From Deltaproteobacteria bacterium (GTDB lineage Bacteria > Myxococcota > Kuafuiibacteriia > Kuafuiibacteriales > Kuafuiibacteriaceae): 64,000 bases of DNA. Location of the stretch: positions 32,001-96,000 of the forward strand of contig JAVJQW010000055.1 in NCBI GenBank assembly GCA_040218735.1. Reading direction: 5' to 3'. Each line of letters starts with the position of its first letter. Within the stretch, counting starts at the first letter, position 1. The translations under genes and the position numbers were made by a program. Shown piece by piece: positions 21,242-29,983 of the stretch. Below the pieces are notes generated by a model, which was not told the origin of the DNA, did no database searches, and saw only the letters and a list, made by a program, of their open reading frames with translations.

Positions 21242-22054
21242 GTGACGTCACCGTTCGTCCTGGAGCTCGACGGTCTCGAGCTGGAGTGCATCAACGACAT
21301 GGAGGGCGGCTTCCTGCGCGCCGACGTCGAGACCTACTTCATGGGGGGCATCGAGCTTTCGTCGGGCGCGACGGTGTTCGACGTGGGCGCGAACATCGGC
21401 GCCTTCACCGCCGCGGTGTGGTCGCGGTTGGGCGGTGACGTTCGGGTGTTCAGCTTCGAGCCCATGCCTCCCATCCGGGAGGTGCTGGAGCGCAACGTGG
21501 CGTCGCAGATGTCGGACGTCGTGACGGTGATGCCGTGTGGGCTCGGCGCCGAGGCGGCGACGCTCGACTTTTCGTACTTCCCGGGGATGACGGTGCTGTC
21601 CTCCGCGCTGCGGGACGAGGCCGCGCTCGAGGCCGAGCGGGTCCGCCTCGTGAAGACGGTGATGACGATGATCGACGAGGGGCGCGCGTATCCGTTGCTG
21701 CGCCCGCTCCCGCGTGAGCTCGTCGAAGCGATCGTGGAGGGGCACGTCATGCACATGACGCAGCCGCGGAAGTACCCGGCGACGATTCGCACCTTCGAAG
21801 AGGTGCGTTCCGAGCTCGGCGTGGAGACGATCGACCTGCTGAAGATCGACGTCGAGGGCGCGGAGCTGTCGGTGCTCGAGGGGGTCGACGACTGGAGCGT
21901 CGTGCGCCAGGTCGCGATGGAGGTGGAGCACTTCGAGGAGCGTTCGCCGATCGTGCAGGCGCAGCTGAGCGCAGCGGGCTTCGAGGTGTCGCTCCGCCAG
22001 GACGCCGTGGAGCGCTCCGGCGACTACGGCATGGTCTACGCTAGGCGCGTTTGA
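21242..22054 (+). CDS. FkbM family methyltransferase
   Basis: VFDVGANIG, SFEP, IDLLKIDVEGAE. Confidence 0.92.
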   Translation: MTSPFVLELDGLELECINDMEGGFLRADVETYFMGGIELSSGATVFDVGANIGAFTAAVWSRLGGDVRVFSFEPMPPIREVLERNVASQMSDVVTVMPCGLGAEAATLDFSYFPGMTVLSSALRDEAALEAERVRLVKTVMTMIDEGRAYPLLRPLPRELVEAIVEGHVMHMTQPRKYPATIRTFEEVRSELGVETIDLLKIDVEGAELSVLEGVDDWSVVRQVAMEVEHFEERSPIVQAQLSAAGFEVSLRQDAVERSGDYGMVYARRV

Positions 22055-24401
22055 TCGCGACCGAGCCGAGCGGCGCGAGCGACACTTCGATCGAGTACGG
22101 CTTGCCGTGCCACGGCGTCTTCTCCGCGGTGATCGCGGCGCCGTCCGGCTTCACGTGTCCGCCGTACTTTTGGTCGTTGGTGTCGAGCACGACGCGGTAG
22201 TCGCCCGGGCGGTCCACGCCGATGCGGTAGCGCTGGTGCTCGACGCCCCCGACGTTGTGTACGAACAACATCGGGTCGTCCTTGCCGCGCGCGAGGCCCA
22301 CCACACCATTGTCGGTGTCGCGGAACGTGTTCGCGAAGGCGGCCGGATCGAACTGGTCTACGTGGAGCGCCGGCTCGTCGATGTACAGGCCGTTGAGGTC
22401 GGCGACGAGGCGCTGCATGCCGCGTTGACGATCGTCGAGGTGCTCGGTCTGGAGCCCCTGGCGGAAGTCCCACTCGCTGCGCTGCGCGTGCTCCTGGCCC
22501 ATGAACAACAGCTTGTGCCCCGGGTACGACCACATGAAGCCGTAGAGGAGGCGGAGGTTCGCCGCCTTCTGCACGTCGTCGCCCGGCATCTTGTTGAAGA
22601 GCGAGCCTTTCCCGTGCACGACCTCGTCGTGGGAGAGCGAGCAGACGAACTGCTCGGAGTGGGCCCACATGAAAGTGTTGGTGAGGGTGTCGAGCTTGCC
22701 GCCCCGCCACATCGGGTCCTCTTTGAAGAACTCGAGCGTGTCGTGCATCCAGCCCATGTTCCACTTCGTGTCGAAGGCCAGGCCGTCCTTCGAGGTTACG
22801 CCGGGGAACGACGTCGACTCTTCTGCGATGCGCATGACGCCGGGGAAGCGCGCCTGCACGAGGTTGTTCGCCTTCTGGATGAAATCGATGGCTTCGAGGT
22901 TTTCGTTGCCGCCGAATTCGTTGGGGATCCATTCCTCGCGGGAGTAGTCGCGGTAGAGCATCGACGCGACGCCGTCCATGCGGACGCCATCGAAGTGAAA
23001 CTCCGAGAGCATGTGCTGCAGGCTCCCGAGCAGGAACGTACGAACTTCATTGCGTCCGTAGTTGAAGACTCTGGTATTCCAATCGCGCTGCTCGCCGAGG
23101 CGATCGTCTTCGTGGTCGAACAGGTGCGTGCCGTCGAAGCGCGCGATGCCGCCGCCGTCCTTCGGGAAGTGACCCGGCACCCAGTCGAGGACCACGCCGA
23201 TGCCGGCGGCGTGGAGTTTGTCGACGAGGTACTTCAGGTCGTCGGGCGAGCCGTGACGCGAGGTCGGCGCGTAGTAGCCGGAGACTTGATAACCCCATGA
23301 GCTGTCGAGCGGGTGCTCCATCAGCCCGAGGAGCTCGACGTGCGTGAAGCGGTGCTCCTCGAGATACGGGACGAGCTCGTCCGCGATCTCGCGGTAGCTC
23401 ATCGTCCGCTCCGCGGGGACCTCGTGGAGCTCGCGTGGGACGTCGTCGAGGTGGTTCAACGACTCGTGCGGTTTCTGGCGCCACGACGCGAGGTGGAGCT
23501 CGTACTTGCTGACGGGGCTGTGTTTCGGGTCCGTCGTCCGGCGTGTCTTCATCCACGCTTCGTCGTTCCATTCGAACGAATCGGCGCCGACGGTGACCGA
23601 GGAGGTCTCGGGGCGGACGGCGCTCTGTTTGGCGAACGGATCCGACTTGTAGTTCACGCCGCCCTGGCCATCGACGACGCGGAGTTTGTAGCTCGCGCCC
23701 GCTCCGACTCCCGGGACGAAGACCTCCCAGAGGCCGGAGTCACCGAGGCGACGCATGGCGTGTTGGCCATCGGCCCAGCCGTTGAAGTCACCGACGACCG
23801 AGATGCCTTGCGCGTTGGGCGCCCAGGTCACGAACGAATAACCGTCGACGCCGTCGACCGTGCGCGCGTTGGCGCCGATGTGTTTCGAGACGTTCTTGAG
23901 CGTGCCCTCGTTGAAGAGCCAACGCTCCTGCTCGCCGATCGTCACTTCGAAGCGGTAGGCGTCCTCGACCCGAACCGTTCGGCCGTTGGCGCCGAGGGTT
24001 TCGAAGCGGTGGTCCGCGGGGCGCTGGCGGCCGGTGAGGACGGCTTCGAACAGCCCGCCGCCGAGGTGGGCCATGGGGATACGTTTGGTCGTCCCGCCGT
24101 CGGCGTACGCGAGCGCGCACACCTGCTTGCCGGGGAGCATCGTGCGGACGACGGTACCCGTCGTCCCGTCGGGCAGCGCGATGTCGTGCACGCCGAGCTG
24201 GGTGTGCGGATCCGGGTGCCGCCCCTCCGCGAGCTGCGCGCGCGTCACCGCGTTCAGCGTGCCCTCGCCCTGAATCGGCAGGTGGCGCTGCGGGGCGATC
24301 GGTCCGGAAGGGGCGGAGGTCTTCTGTGGACGGGTTCGCCCTAGGCCCGCGGCTGAGGACCGGACCAGAAACCCTTGTCCCTGAGGGATCCTCCGTAACA
24401 T
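22041..24401 (-). CDS. glgB: 1,4-alpha-glucan branching enzyme with short N-terminal extension
   Basis: WAPNA..VGDFNGW, SWGYQ, DWVPGHF, RMDGVASML, AEES, KWNMGWMHD, SHDEVVHGK; ATG 24401. Confidence 0.95.
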   Translation of the reverse strand: MLRRIPQGQGFLVRSSAAGLGRTRPQKTSAPSGPIAPQRHLPIQGEGTLNAVTRAQLAEGRHPDPHTQLGVHDIALPDGTTGTVVRTMLPGKQVCALAYADGGTTKRIPMAHLGGGLFEAVLTGRQRPADHRFETLGANGRTVRVEDAYRFEVTIGEQERWLFNEGTLKNVSKHIGANARTVDGVDGYSFVTWAPNAQGISVVGDFNGWADGQHAMRRLGDSGLWEVFVPGVGAGASYKLRVVDGQGGVNYKSDPFAKQSAVRPETSSVTVGADSFEWNDEAWMKTRRTTDPKHSPVSKYELHLASWRQKPHESLNHLDDVPRELHEVPAERTMSYREIADELVPYLEEHRFTHVELLGLMEHPLDSSWGYQVSGYYAPTSRHGSPDDLKYLVDKLHAAGIGVVLDWVPGHFPKDGGGIARFDGTHLFDHEDDRLGEQRDWNTRVFNYGRNEVRTFLLGSLQHMLSEFHFDGVRMDGVASMLYRDYSREEWIPNEFGGNENLEAIDFIQKANNLVQARFPGVMRIAEESTSFPGVTSKDGLAFDTKWNMGWMHDTLEFFKEDPMWRGGKLDTLTNTFMWAHSEQFVCSLSHDEVVHGKGSLFNKMPGDDVQKAANLRLLYGFMWSYPGHKLLFMGQEHAQRSEWDFRQGLQTEHLDDRQRGMQRLVADLNGLYIDEPALHVDQFDPAAFANTFRDTDNGVVGLARGKDDPMLFVHNVGGVEHQRYRIGVDRPGDYRVVLDTNDQKYGGHVKPDGAAITAEKTPWHGKPYSIEVSLAPLGSVAIKRA

Positions 24402-24411
24402 GGCGAATTCA

Positions 24412-24441
24412 TTATCGGCGGGTCCCACCTGATGATGTGCG
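24412..24441 (-). promoter_or_regulatory. sigma-28-like promoter candidate for glgB (CGCACA-N16-GCCGATAA)
   Basis: Perfect GCCGATAA on the minus strand at 24412-24419, 10 nt before the glgB ATG. Confidence 0.6.
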
Positions 24442-24456
24442 ATATTTCGCGCAAAG

Positions 24457-24486
24457 CGCACACCTAGACCGACGCGGAACCGATAA
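24457..24486 (+). promoter_or_regulatory. sigma-28-like promoter candidate for glgA (CGCACA-N16-ACCGATAA)
   Basis: Mirror of the glgB-side site; 11 nt before the glgA ATG. Confidence 0.58.
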
Positions 24487-24497
24487 CGCTCTTTGCC

Positions 24498-26633
24498 ATG
24501 AACCCGCTTCGTCTGGGGCGTAGGAACGCCACCCGCCTGGAAGGCGGCACAGATGAGACCCCACGCACGCAGACCGGACGTCGCGGTCCCCACCTCGCGG
24601 TCACCGACGCGTGGACGCGCGCCGGCGGTCCGCAGATCGTCCGTTCGCTTCAAAAGAACGTCGGCGAGGCGGCCGGCGCCGCGGCGGTCCTCGCGCAGGC
24701 GCAGTTCAAGCAGTCGACGCACGTCGAGATCCCGAAGTCGGGGCCCGTCACGGACCAGCTCCTCGCGTTTCACCAGACGCGTCCGCCGGCGTCGGTGCGC
24801 AAGCAGCTCGATCGCCTCGCGTCGACGGAGCTCCATCGCCTCTTCGATCACCCGGTGCGCGACGCCGCCATCCGCGAGCACGCCGAGCTGGACCTCCGCA
24901 CGGTGCACGGCGCGTCGGACGCCGAGGTCGCGGCGGCGAGTGGTCGCCCGGAGATCGCGCTCCGTGAGGAGCAGAACCAGCGGCGCAACGCGCTGATCGT
25001 CGCGCTGTCGCGCCCGCGGATCTCCGACGGGTTCGTGAAGGCCGCGATCGAGAAGCTAGGTGAGGTCGGTCTGGTCGATGACGTCGCGCTCATCGCGAAG
25101 GCCGCGCGTCGCCGCGGGCCCGAGGTCGCCGAGGCAGCGAAGGTCGCGAAGACGAAGATCGAGAAGGCCGGCCGCATGACGATCGTCCTCGCCGCGTTCG
25201 AGTCCAAGCCGTACGTGAACGGCGGCGGGCTCGGTAACGTGATGAAGGAGCTCCCGCCCGCGCTCGCGCGTCAAGGTCACAAGGTTGTGGTGGTGATGCC
25301 GCGGCACTCGGTGATCGATCGCAGCCAGCTCGAAGAGACGGGCGAGGTCGGCACTGTCTACGGCCCGAAGACCGAGCAGTTCGGCCTGTTCAAGGACCAC
25401 CGCGAAGGCGTCGACTACTACTTCGTCGAGAACGACCGCTACTACTCGAGCGGGCGCGACGGCGTGTACCGCGACTCCTACGGCGACTACGGTGACCCCT
25501 TCGAGCGCTACGACTTCTTCGGTCGCGCGCTGCCGGTCGCGATTCGCCACATCCTCGGCGACGAGGCCCCAGACGTCGTGCAGCTCAACGACGCGCACAC
25601 CGCGTCGGGCGCGATGTATCTGAAGCGGGATCCCGCCTTCAAGGACACCGCCACCGTCATGGCGATCCACAACCTCGGTTGGGCGTACCAGGGGCGCTAC
25701 GAGGGGGCGAAGGCCGAGAGCTCACCGATCGGCGACCTCGGGATGTACTACCCGACGGGCCCGGCGGAGGCCTACGGTCAGGTCAACCTGATGAAGCTCG
25801 GGCTCGCCGAGTCGGACGGTGCGATCACCGTCAGCCGTCAGTACATGCAGGAGACGTTGACGGAGGCCGGCGGCGAAGGTCTGCACGGCGTGCTCCAGAA
25901 CATGCGCGCGAACGACAAGTTCTGGGGGAACCTCAACGGCATCGACAACGCCGCCTGGAACCCGGAGACGGACCCGCAGATCGCGGCCAACTTCTCGTTC
26001 GAGGATCAGTCCGGCAAGGCAGCTTGCAAGGCTTCGCTGCAGCAGCAGTACGGCCTCCCGGAGCGGTCCGACGTCCCGCTGTTCGGGGTCGTGGCGCGCA
26101 TGTCCGGTCAGAAGGGCATCGACGACATCATCGGTACCGCGCGTCGCGCGCTGGAAGCCGGCAAGGACCTGCAGCTCGTGGTGTGCGGGGAGGGCGAGGA
26201 AGCCATCCGCGATCAGATGAAGCAGCTCGCGGCCGACTTCCCGAAGAACGTCGCCTACGACGGCAAGTTCGCGCCCGAGAAGGAGCACACGATCCTCTCC
26301 GGCAGCGACTTCTTCCTGATGCCGTCACGCTTCGAGCCGTGCGGCCTCCCGCAGATGTACGCGCTCCGCTATCTGACCGTGCCCGTCGTGCGCGGCGTCG
26401 GCGGTCTCGAGGAGAGTATCTCCAACTTCGACGCGAACACCGGCGAGGGGAACGGCTTCAAGTTCACGGACGATCTGTTCGGCACGGTGGAGCGCGCGCT
26501 CGACTGGTACGGGCAGGGCGAAGAGGCGCGGCAGCCGCTGCTCGCGAACTGCGCTGCGTCCGACTTCTCTTGGGACAACGCGTCGGCGCTGGAGCAAATC
26601 GCGTTCTACCGGAAGATCATCAACGAGCGCTGA
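24498..26633 (+). CDS. glgA: Glycogen synthase (GT5) with ~225-aa N-terminal extension
   Basis: GGLGNV, IHNL..YQG, LNGID...WNPETD, ARMSGQKG, MPSRFEPCGLPQ, VGGL; GT5 domain starts near MTIVLAAFE. Confidence 0.9.
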   Translation: MNPLRLGRRNATRLEGGTDETPRTQTGRRGPHLAVTDAWTRAGGPQIVRSLQKNVGEAAGAAAVLAQAQFKQSTHVEIPKSGPVTDQLLAFHQTRPPASVRKQLDRLASTELHRLFDHPVRDAAIREHAELDLRTVHGASDAEVAAASGRPEIALREEQNQRRNALIVALSRPRISDGFVKAAIEKLGEVGLVDDVALIAKAARRRGPEVAEAAKVAKTKIEKAGRMTIVLAAFESKPYVNGGGLGNVMKELPPALARQGHKVVVVMPRHSVIDRSQLEETGEVGTVYGPKTEQFGLFKDHREGVDYYFVENDRYYSSGRDGVYRDSYGDYGDPFERYDFFGRALPVAIRHILGDEAPDVVQLNDAHTASGAMYLKRDPAFKDTATVMAIHNLGWAYQGRYEGAKAESSPIGDLGMYYPTGPAEAYGQVNLMKLGLAESDGAITVSRQYMQETLTEAGGEGLHGVLQNMRANDKFWGNLNGIDNAAWNPETDPQIAANFSFEDQSGKAACKASLQQQYGLPERSDVPLFGVVARMSGQKGIDDIIGTARRALEAGKDLQLVVCGEGEEAIRDQMKQLAADFPKNVAYDGKFAPEKEHTILSGSDFFLMPSRFEPCGLPQMYALRYLTVPVVRGVGGLEESISNFDANTGEGNGFKFTDDLFGTVERALDWYGQGEEARQPLLANCAASDFSWDNASALEQIAFYRKIINER

Positions 26634-26645
26634 GGGGACACGAAG

Positions 26646-27026
26646 ATGACCTGGGACTTCTCGATCAATCTGCCGCCGCTTCCGCCGCCGGAGCTCCCGG
26701 ACCCGCGCGTCGAGCAGGCGCGCCAGGCGCCGGGCACCCAGGGGCTCTCCGACAACGTCCTGCGCATGGTCTCCAACATGGAGGACATCGCGAACGCGCA
26801 GGCCTTCATGGCCGACTTCCAGCTCGGGCAGGGGCGCGAGGATCGCGCGGTCGCCGCGTTCGGCCAGGCGATCGTCGCGCTCTCGCACATCGCGGACCCG
26901 CGCGAGCGCTTCCACGCGCAGACGCGTGTGTTCAACCGCGTCGATCGAGACGCGCAGCAGTACGGCGCACGTCGTCTCGCCGACGCCGTCCGCCAGGCGC
27001 GCGTCGCGCGCATGAGTCAGCAGTAG
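26646..27026 (+). CDS. Hypothetical protein (126 aa), Pro-rich N-terminus
   Basis: GAGGGG SD, 12 bp after the glgA stop, host-like codon usage. Confidence 0.7.
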   Translation: MTWDFSINLPPLPPPELPDPRVEQARQAPGTQGLSDNVLRMVSNMEDIANAQAFMADFQLGQGREDRAVAAFGQAIVALSHIADPRERFHAQTRVFNRVDRDAQQYGARRLADAVRQARVARMSQQ

Positions 27027-27027
27027 G

Positions 27028-28158
27028 TCAGCGCTGGAACGCCGCGACGAACGCGGCTTCGATCTCGGGATCCGACACGTAGACCTCTTCGACGTGGTCC
27101 GAGTCGAGGAGTGTCTTGCACAGGCGCTTGATCGCGTGGCGCGGTGAGTTGGCGTCGAGCGCCGCGAGCGTGAGCTCTTCGACGAGCGCCTTCTTCGACG
27201 CAGCCTCGACCTCGATTGCGCCGGCCTCTTCGAGCTTCGCGAGGACTGCGTCCACCACACGCATCAGCGCGCCCTGCATCGTGTCCTCGGGCGGCGTGTC
27301 GTCGGCGTTCTTCGCCTGCTCGAACCGCGCGAGCCACTCCCGCGCCTGCTGGGCGATGGCGGCGTCACTCGACTCGACCGCCTTCACGACGACGTCGGGC
27401 GCACGGTCCAGGCTCACCGCTGCGGTCAGGTCTTCGAGGTGCGCGAACAACGCGCGGTGTGCGTCGCTCATCGTCTCGGGTTTGCGACGCAACGCGACCC
27501 GCTGCGTCTCGAGCACCTGCATGACCGCCGAGAGCATCCCCACGCGCTCCGCGCCGGGGGCGTCGGGGGCGAGGTCGTCGATCACGAAGACCTCGATGTT
27601 CGGCCAGGTCTTGAGGGACCACGCCTGATAGGCGGCGTGCAGCGGGAGGTCGATGAAGTGCCCGAACACTTCGGCGCCGGACCAGCGCCAGTCGGCGGGC
27701 TCGGCGAGACCGTTCTGCACGGCCTCGACCTCGTCCTTCGTCGCGTCACCCTGTTTGTGCTGGATGATGACCGTCATGAAACGCAGCGCGTCGTCGAGGC
27801 TCGCGATGTCCTGTGACGGATAGCCGTCCGAGAACGGGTAGACGCGGTGCTCGCCGGCGGCGTCCGCGACGGTGTCGACGTACAGGACGTACGGTTCGAG
27901 CGCGGGCGACGCGATCGGCACGAGCTCGGCGACCTGCGCGGCCCACGTCTCCAGCGCGTCGTCCGGTTCCGGCGCGACGGCGATGACCGGGTACGGATCC
28001 TCGACGGCGAACGGGACGCGCGAGAACGCGACGTCGGACTTCGCGCCGTCGACCAGCGCGAGGAAGTCGGTCAGCGCTTCGCCGGTGGACTCCGGCGGGT
28101 TGGAATCAGGTGCGACGGCGGCCCAGTACGCTCGGGCCAACTCTGGATCGATCGGCAT
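27028..28158 (-). CDS. Hypothetical acidic protein (376 aa)
   Basis: Long ORF with host-like codon usage; no confident family. Confidence 0.7.
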   Translation of the reverse strand: MPIDPELARAYWAAVAPDSNPPESTGEALTDFLALVDGAKSDVAFSRVPFAVEDPYPVIAVAPEPDDALETWAAQVAELVPIASPALEPYVLYVDTVADAAGEHRVYPFSDGYPSQDIASLDDALRFMTVIIQHKQGDATKDEVEAVQNGLAEPADWRWSGAEVFGHFIDLPLHAAYQAWSLKTWPNIEVFVIDDLAPDAPGAERVGMLSAVMQVLETQRVALRRKPETMSDAHRALFAHLEDLTAAVSLDRAPDVVVKAVESSDAAIAQQAREWLARFEQAKNADDTPPEDTMQGALMRVVDAVLAKLEEAGAIEVEAASKKALVEELTLAALDANSPRHAIKRLCKTLLDSDHVEEVYVSDPEIEAAFVAAFQR

Positions 28159-28315
28159 GACGGGAGAGGTGCGCGTGCGGCGCGGTGGCGTCTCTAGCGC
28201 GCGTCGGTCGACCTACGCAAGCACAGAGGCCGAACAGCAGCACGACGGTCCCGACGAAACACGCGGGGGCGACACCTTCGAGATCGAGGAGGGGAATCAT
28301 CCACGGGCTGAGCAT
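28106..28315 (-). CDS. Putative small Cys-containing membrane peptide
   Basis: Directly downstream of a sigma54 -24/-12 element; hydrophobic PACFVGTVVLLFGLCACVG; tail overlaps the next gene. Confidence 0.35.
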   Translation of the reverse strand: MLSPWMIPLLDLEGVAPACFVGTVVLLFGLCACVGRPTRARDATAPHAHLSRHADRSRVGPSVLGRRRT

Positions 28316-28327
28316 GGCCTGGGGGAG

Positions 28328-28344
28328 AGCACAGGTCGGGCCAA
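28328..28344 (-). promoter_or_regulatory. sigma54 -24/-12 promoter
   Basis: Minus strand TTGGCCCGACCTGTGCT has GG-N10-GC spacing; divergent from a sigma54 activator gene. Confidence 0.65.
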
Positions 28345-28416
28345 GGCTTCGGAGCCGCCCGAGCGGGGCCGACAGGGCTTGAAAGAGCGCCCCTGAGGAC
28401 TCCGATGTACATTGAG

Positions 28417-28432
28417 TGCACAGCGGTGTGCA
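28417..28432. promoter_or_regulatory. Inverted repeat TGCACA-gcgg-TGTGCA, candidate enhancer (UAS)
   Basis: Perfect 6-bp IR 70-90 bp upstream of the sigma54 promoter, with a related TGTACA half-site at 28406-28411. Confidence 0.5.
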
Positions 28433-28462
28433 TCAGATGTCCGAATCGGCGATGATGGCTCG

Positions 28463-29983
28463 ATGCCTCTCCTCACGGCCCGGGACCGACGCGCGGCCCG
28501 CGCGATTGCCCACCTGACGACCGCAAACCCCTTCTCGGAACGTCGTGTCGAGCTCGAGCGCGAGGCCCTGAAGAAGCAGTTCGTCGGGCCCGCCGTCGCG
28601 TGGTCTTTCGACCCGCTCGCGAAGGAGGTCCGCCCCAACGTGGCCGCGCTCGATCGCCGCGCGGAGGATCTGCTCGCGAAGATGAAGGCCGCGCTCGCGA
28701 CCGGGGCGCGCTTCGTCGACGACGAGGCGCGCCTCTTCGACGACCTCGCGTTGCACCTCGCGTTCGGTCGCTACGAGGACGCGTTCTTTCGGGTGCTCAC
28801 CGAGGGGGCGCCGGTCGACTTCTTCGACGCGTTCGAGACCACCCTCCGCGACGACCGCGCCGCGCCCGGCGTCGCGCCGTACGAACGCGCGGAGGTCACG
28901 CACCTGTTCAGCTTGTTCTTCCAGCTCCGGCGCGCGTTCCACTTCACGTACCGGCGAATCCTCGGCGCCTCGGCACCCGCGGCGCGACTCCGGGAGGAGG
29001 TGTGGCAGTCGATCTTCACGCACGACCTCGACCGCTACCGCGCCGTCCTCTACGACCGCATGCAGGACGTGCCCACGCTGGTCGTCGGCCCCTCGGGCAC
29101 CGGCAAGGAGCTGGTCGCCAACGCGATCGGCCGCTCGCGTTTCATCCCGTACAGCCGCGAGAAGGGCCGTTTCGAGGCCGACTACGACCAGATCTTCCTC
29201 GCGCTGAACCTCGCCGCGCTGTCGCCGACGCTGATCGAATCCGAGCTCTTCGGGCACCGCCGCGGCGCGTTCACGGGGGCGATCGCCGATCGCGAAGGGT
29301 ACCTCGAACGCCCCGCGCCCTACACGACGGTGTTCCTCGACGAGATCGGCGAAGTCGACCCCGCCGTGCAAGTGAAGTTGCTCCGCGTGCTCCAGACGCG
29401 GAACTTCCTTCGCCTCGGCGACGGCGCCGAGCGCACCTTCGGCGGAAAGATCGTCGCGGCCACGCACCGCGACCTCGCCGAACGAATCGCGGACGGGGCG
29501 TTCCGCGAGGACTTCTTCTATCGCCTGTGCGCCGACCGCATCGAGACACCGACACTCGCCGAGCAGCTCGCCGACGATCCGGACGAGCTCGCGCGCGTGG
29601 TTTTGGCCGTGGCCTATCGCGTCGCGGGCCCGCAGATCGCGGAGTCCCTCGCCGACGAGACGGTGGCGACCATCGGCCGGGATCTCGGCCTGGCCTACGC
29701 GTGGCCGGGCAACATGCGGGAGCTCGAGCAGTGTGTGCGGAGTGTCCTCGTCCGCCGCAGCTACCGGCCGTCGGTCGCGTCGCCCGACGACGGTCTGTTC
29801 GCCGACGCCCTCCGCGGTACCCTAACCGCGGAGGAGCTCCTCGTGAGGTACTGCACGCTCGTTTACGTGCAGACCGGCAGCTACGAGGCGGCGGCACGGC
29901 GGTTGCTGATGGATAGGCGTACGGTGAAGCGGAAGGTCGACGCTGAGTGGGCCGAACGCCTCCGAGAAGAGATCCATCCATGA
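28463..29983 (+). CDS. sigma54-interacting transcriptional activator without receiver domain
   Basis: GPSGTGKE, ESELFGH, GAFTGA, FLDEIGE, WPGNMRELEQ, C-terminal HTH. Confidence 0.92.
   Translation: MPLLTARDRRAARAIAHLTTANPFSERRVELEREALKKQFVGPAVAWSFDPLAKEVRPNVAALDRRAEDLLAKMKAALATGARFVDDEARLFDDLALHLAFGRYEDAFFRVLTEGAPVDFFDAFETTLRDDRAAPGVAPYERAEVTHLFSLFFQLRRAFHFTYRRILGASAPAARLREEVWQSIFTHDLDRYRAVLYDRMQDVPTLVVGPSGTGKELVANAIGRSRFIPYSREKGRFEADYDQIFLALNLAALSPTLIESELFGHRRGAFTGAIADREGYLERPAPYTTVFLDEIGEVDPAVQVKLLRVLQTRNFLRLGDGAERTFGGKIVAATHRDLAERIADGAFREDFFYRLCADRIETPTLAEQLADDPDELARVVLAVAYRVAGPQIAESLADETVATIGRDLGLAYAWPGNMRELEQCVRSVLVRRSYRPSVASPDDGLFADALRGTLTAEELLVRYCTLVYVQTGSYEAAARRLLMDRRTVKRKVDAEWAERLREEIHP

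Noticed and set aside
24402-24908. 955-aa version of GlgB from the ORF track
   Set aside because: The extra 169 codons overlap the divergent glgA and the shared promoter region; ATG 24401 is more plausible
27700-28158. SMI1/KNR4-like immunity domain at the N-terminus of the 376-aa protein
   Set aside because: Only a vague resemblance, no recognisable signature and no adjacent toxin gene
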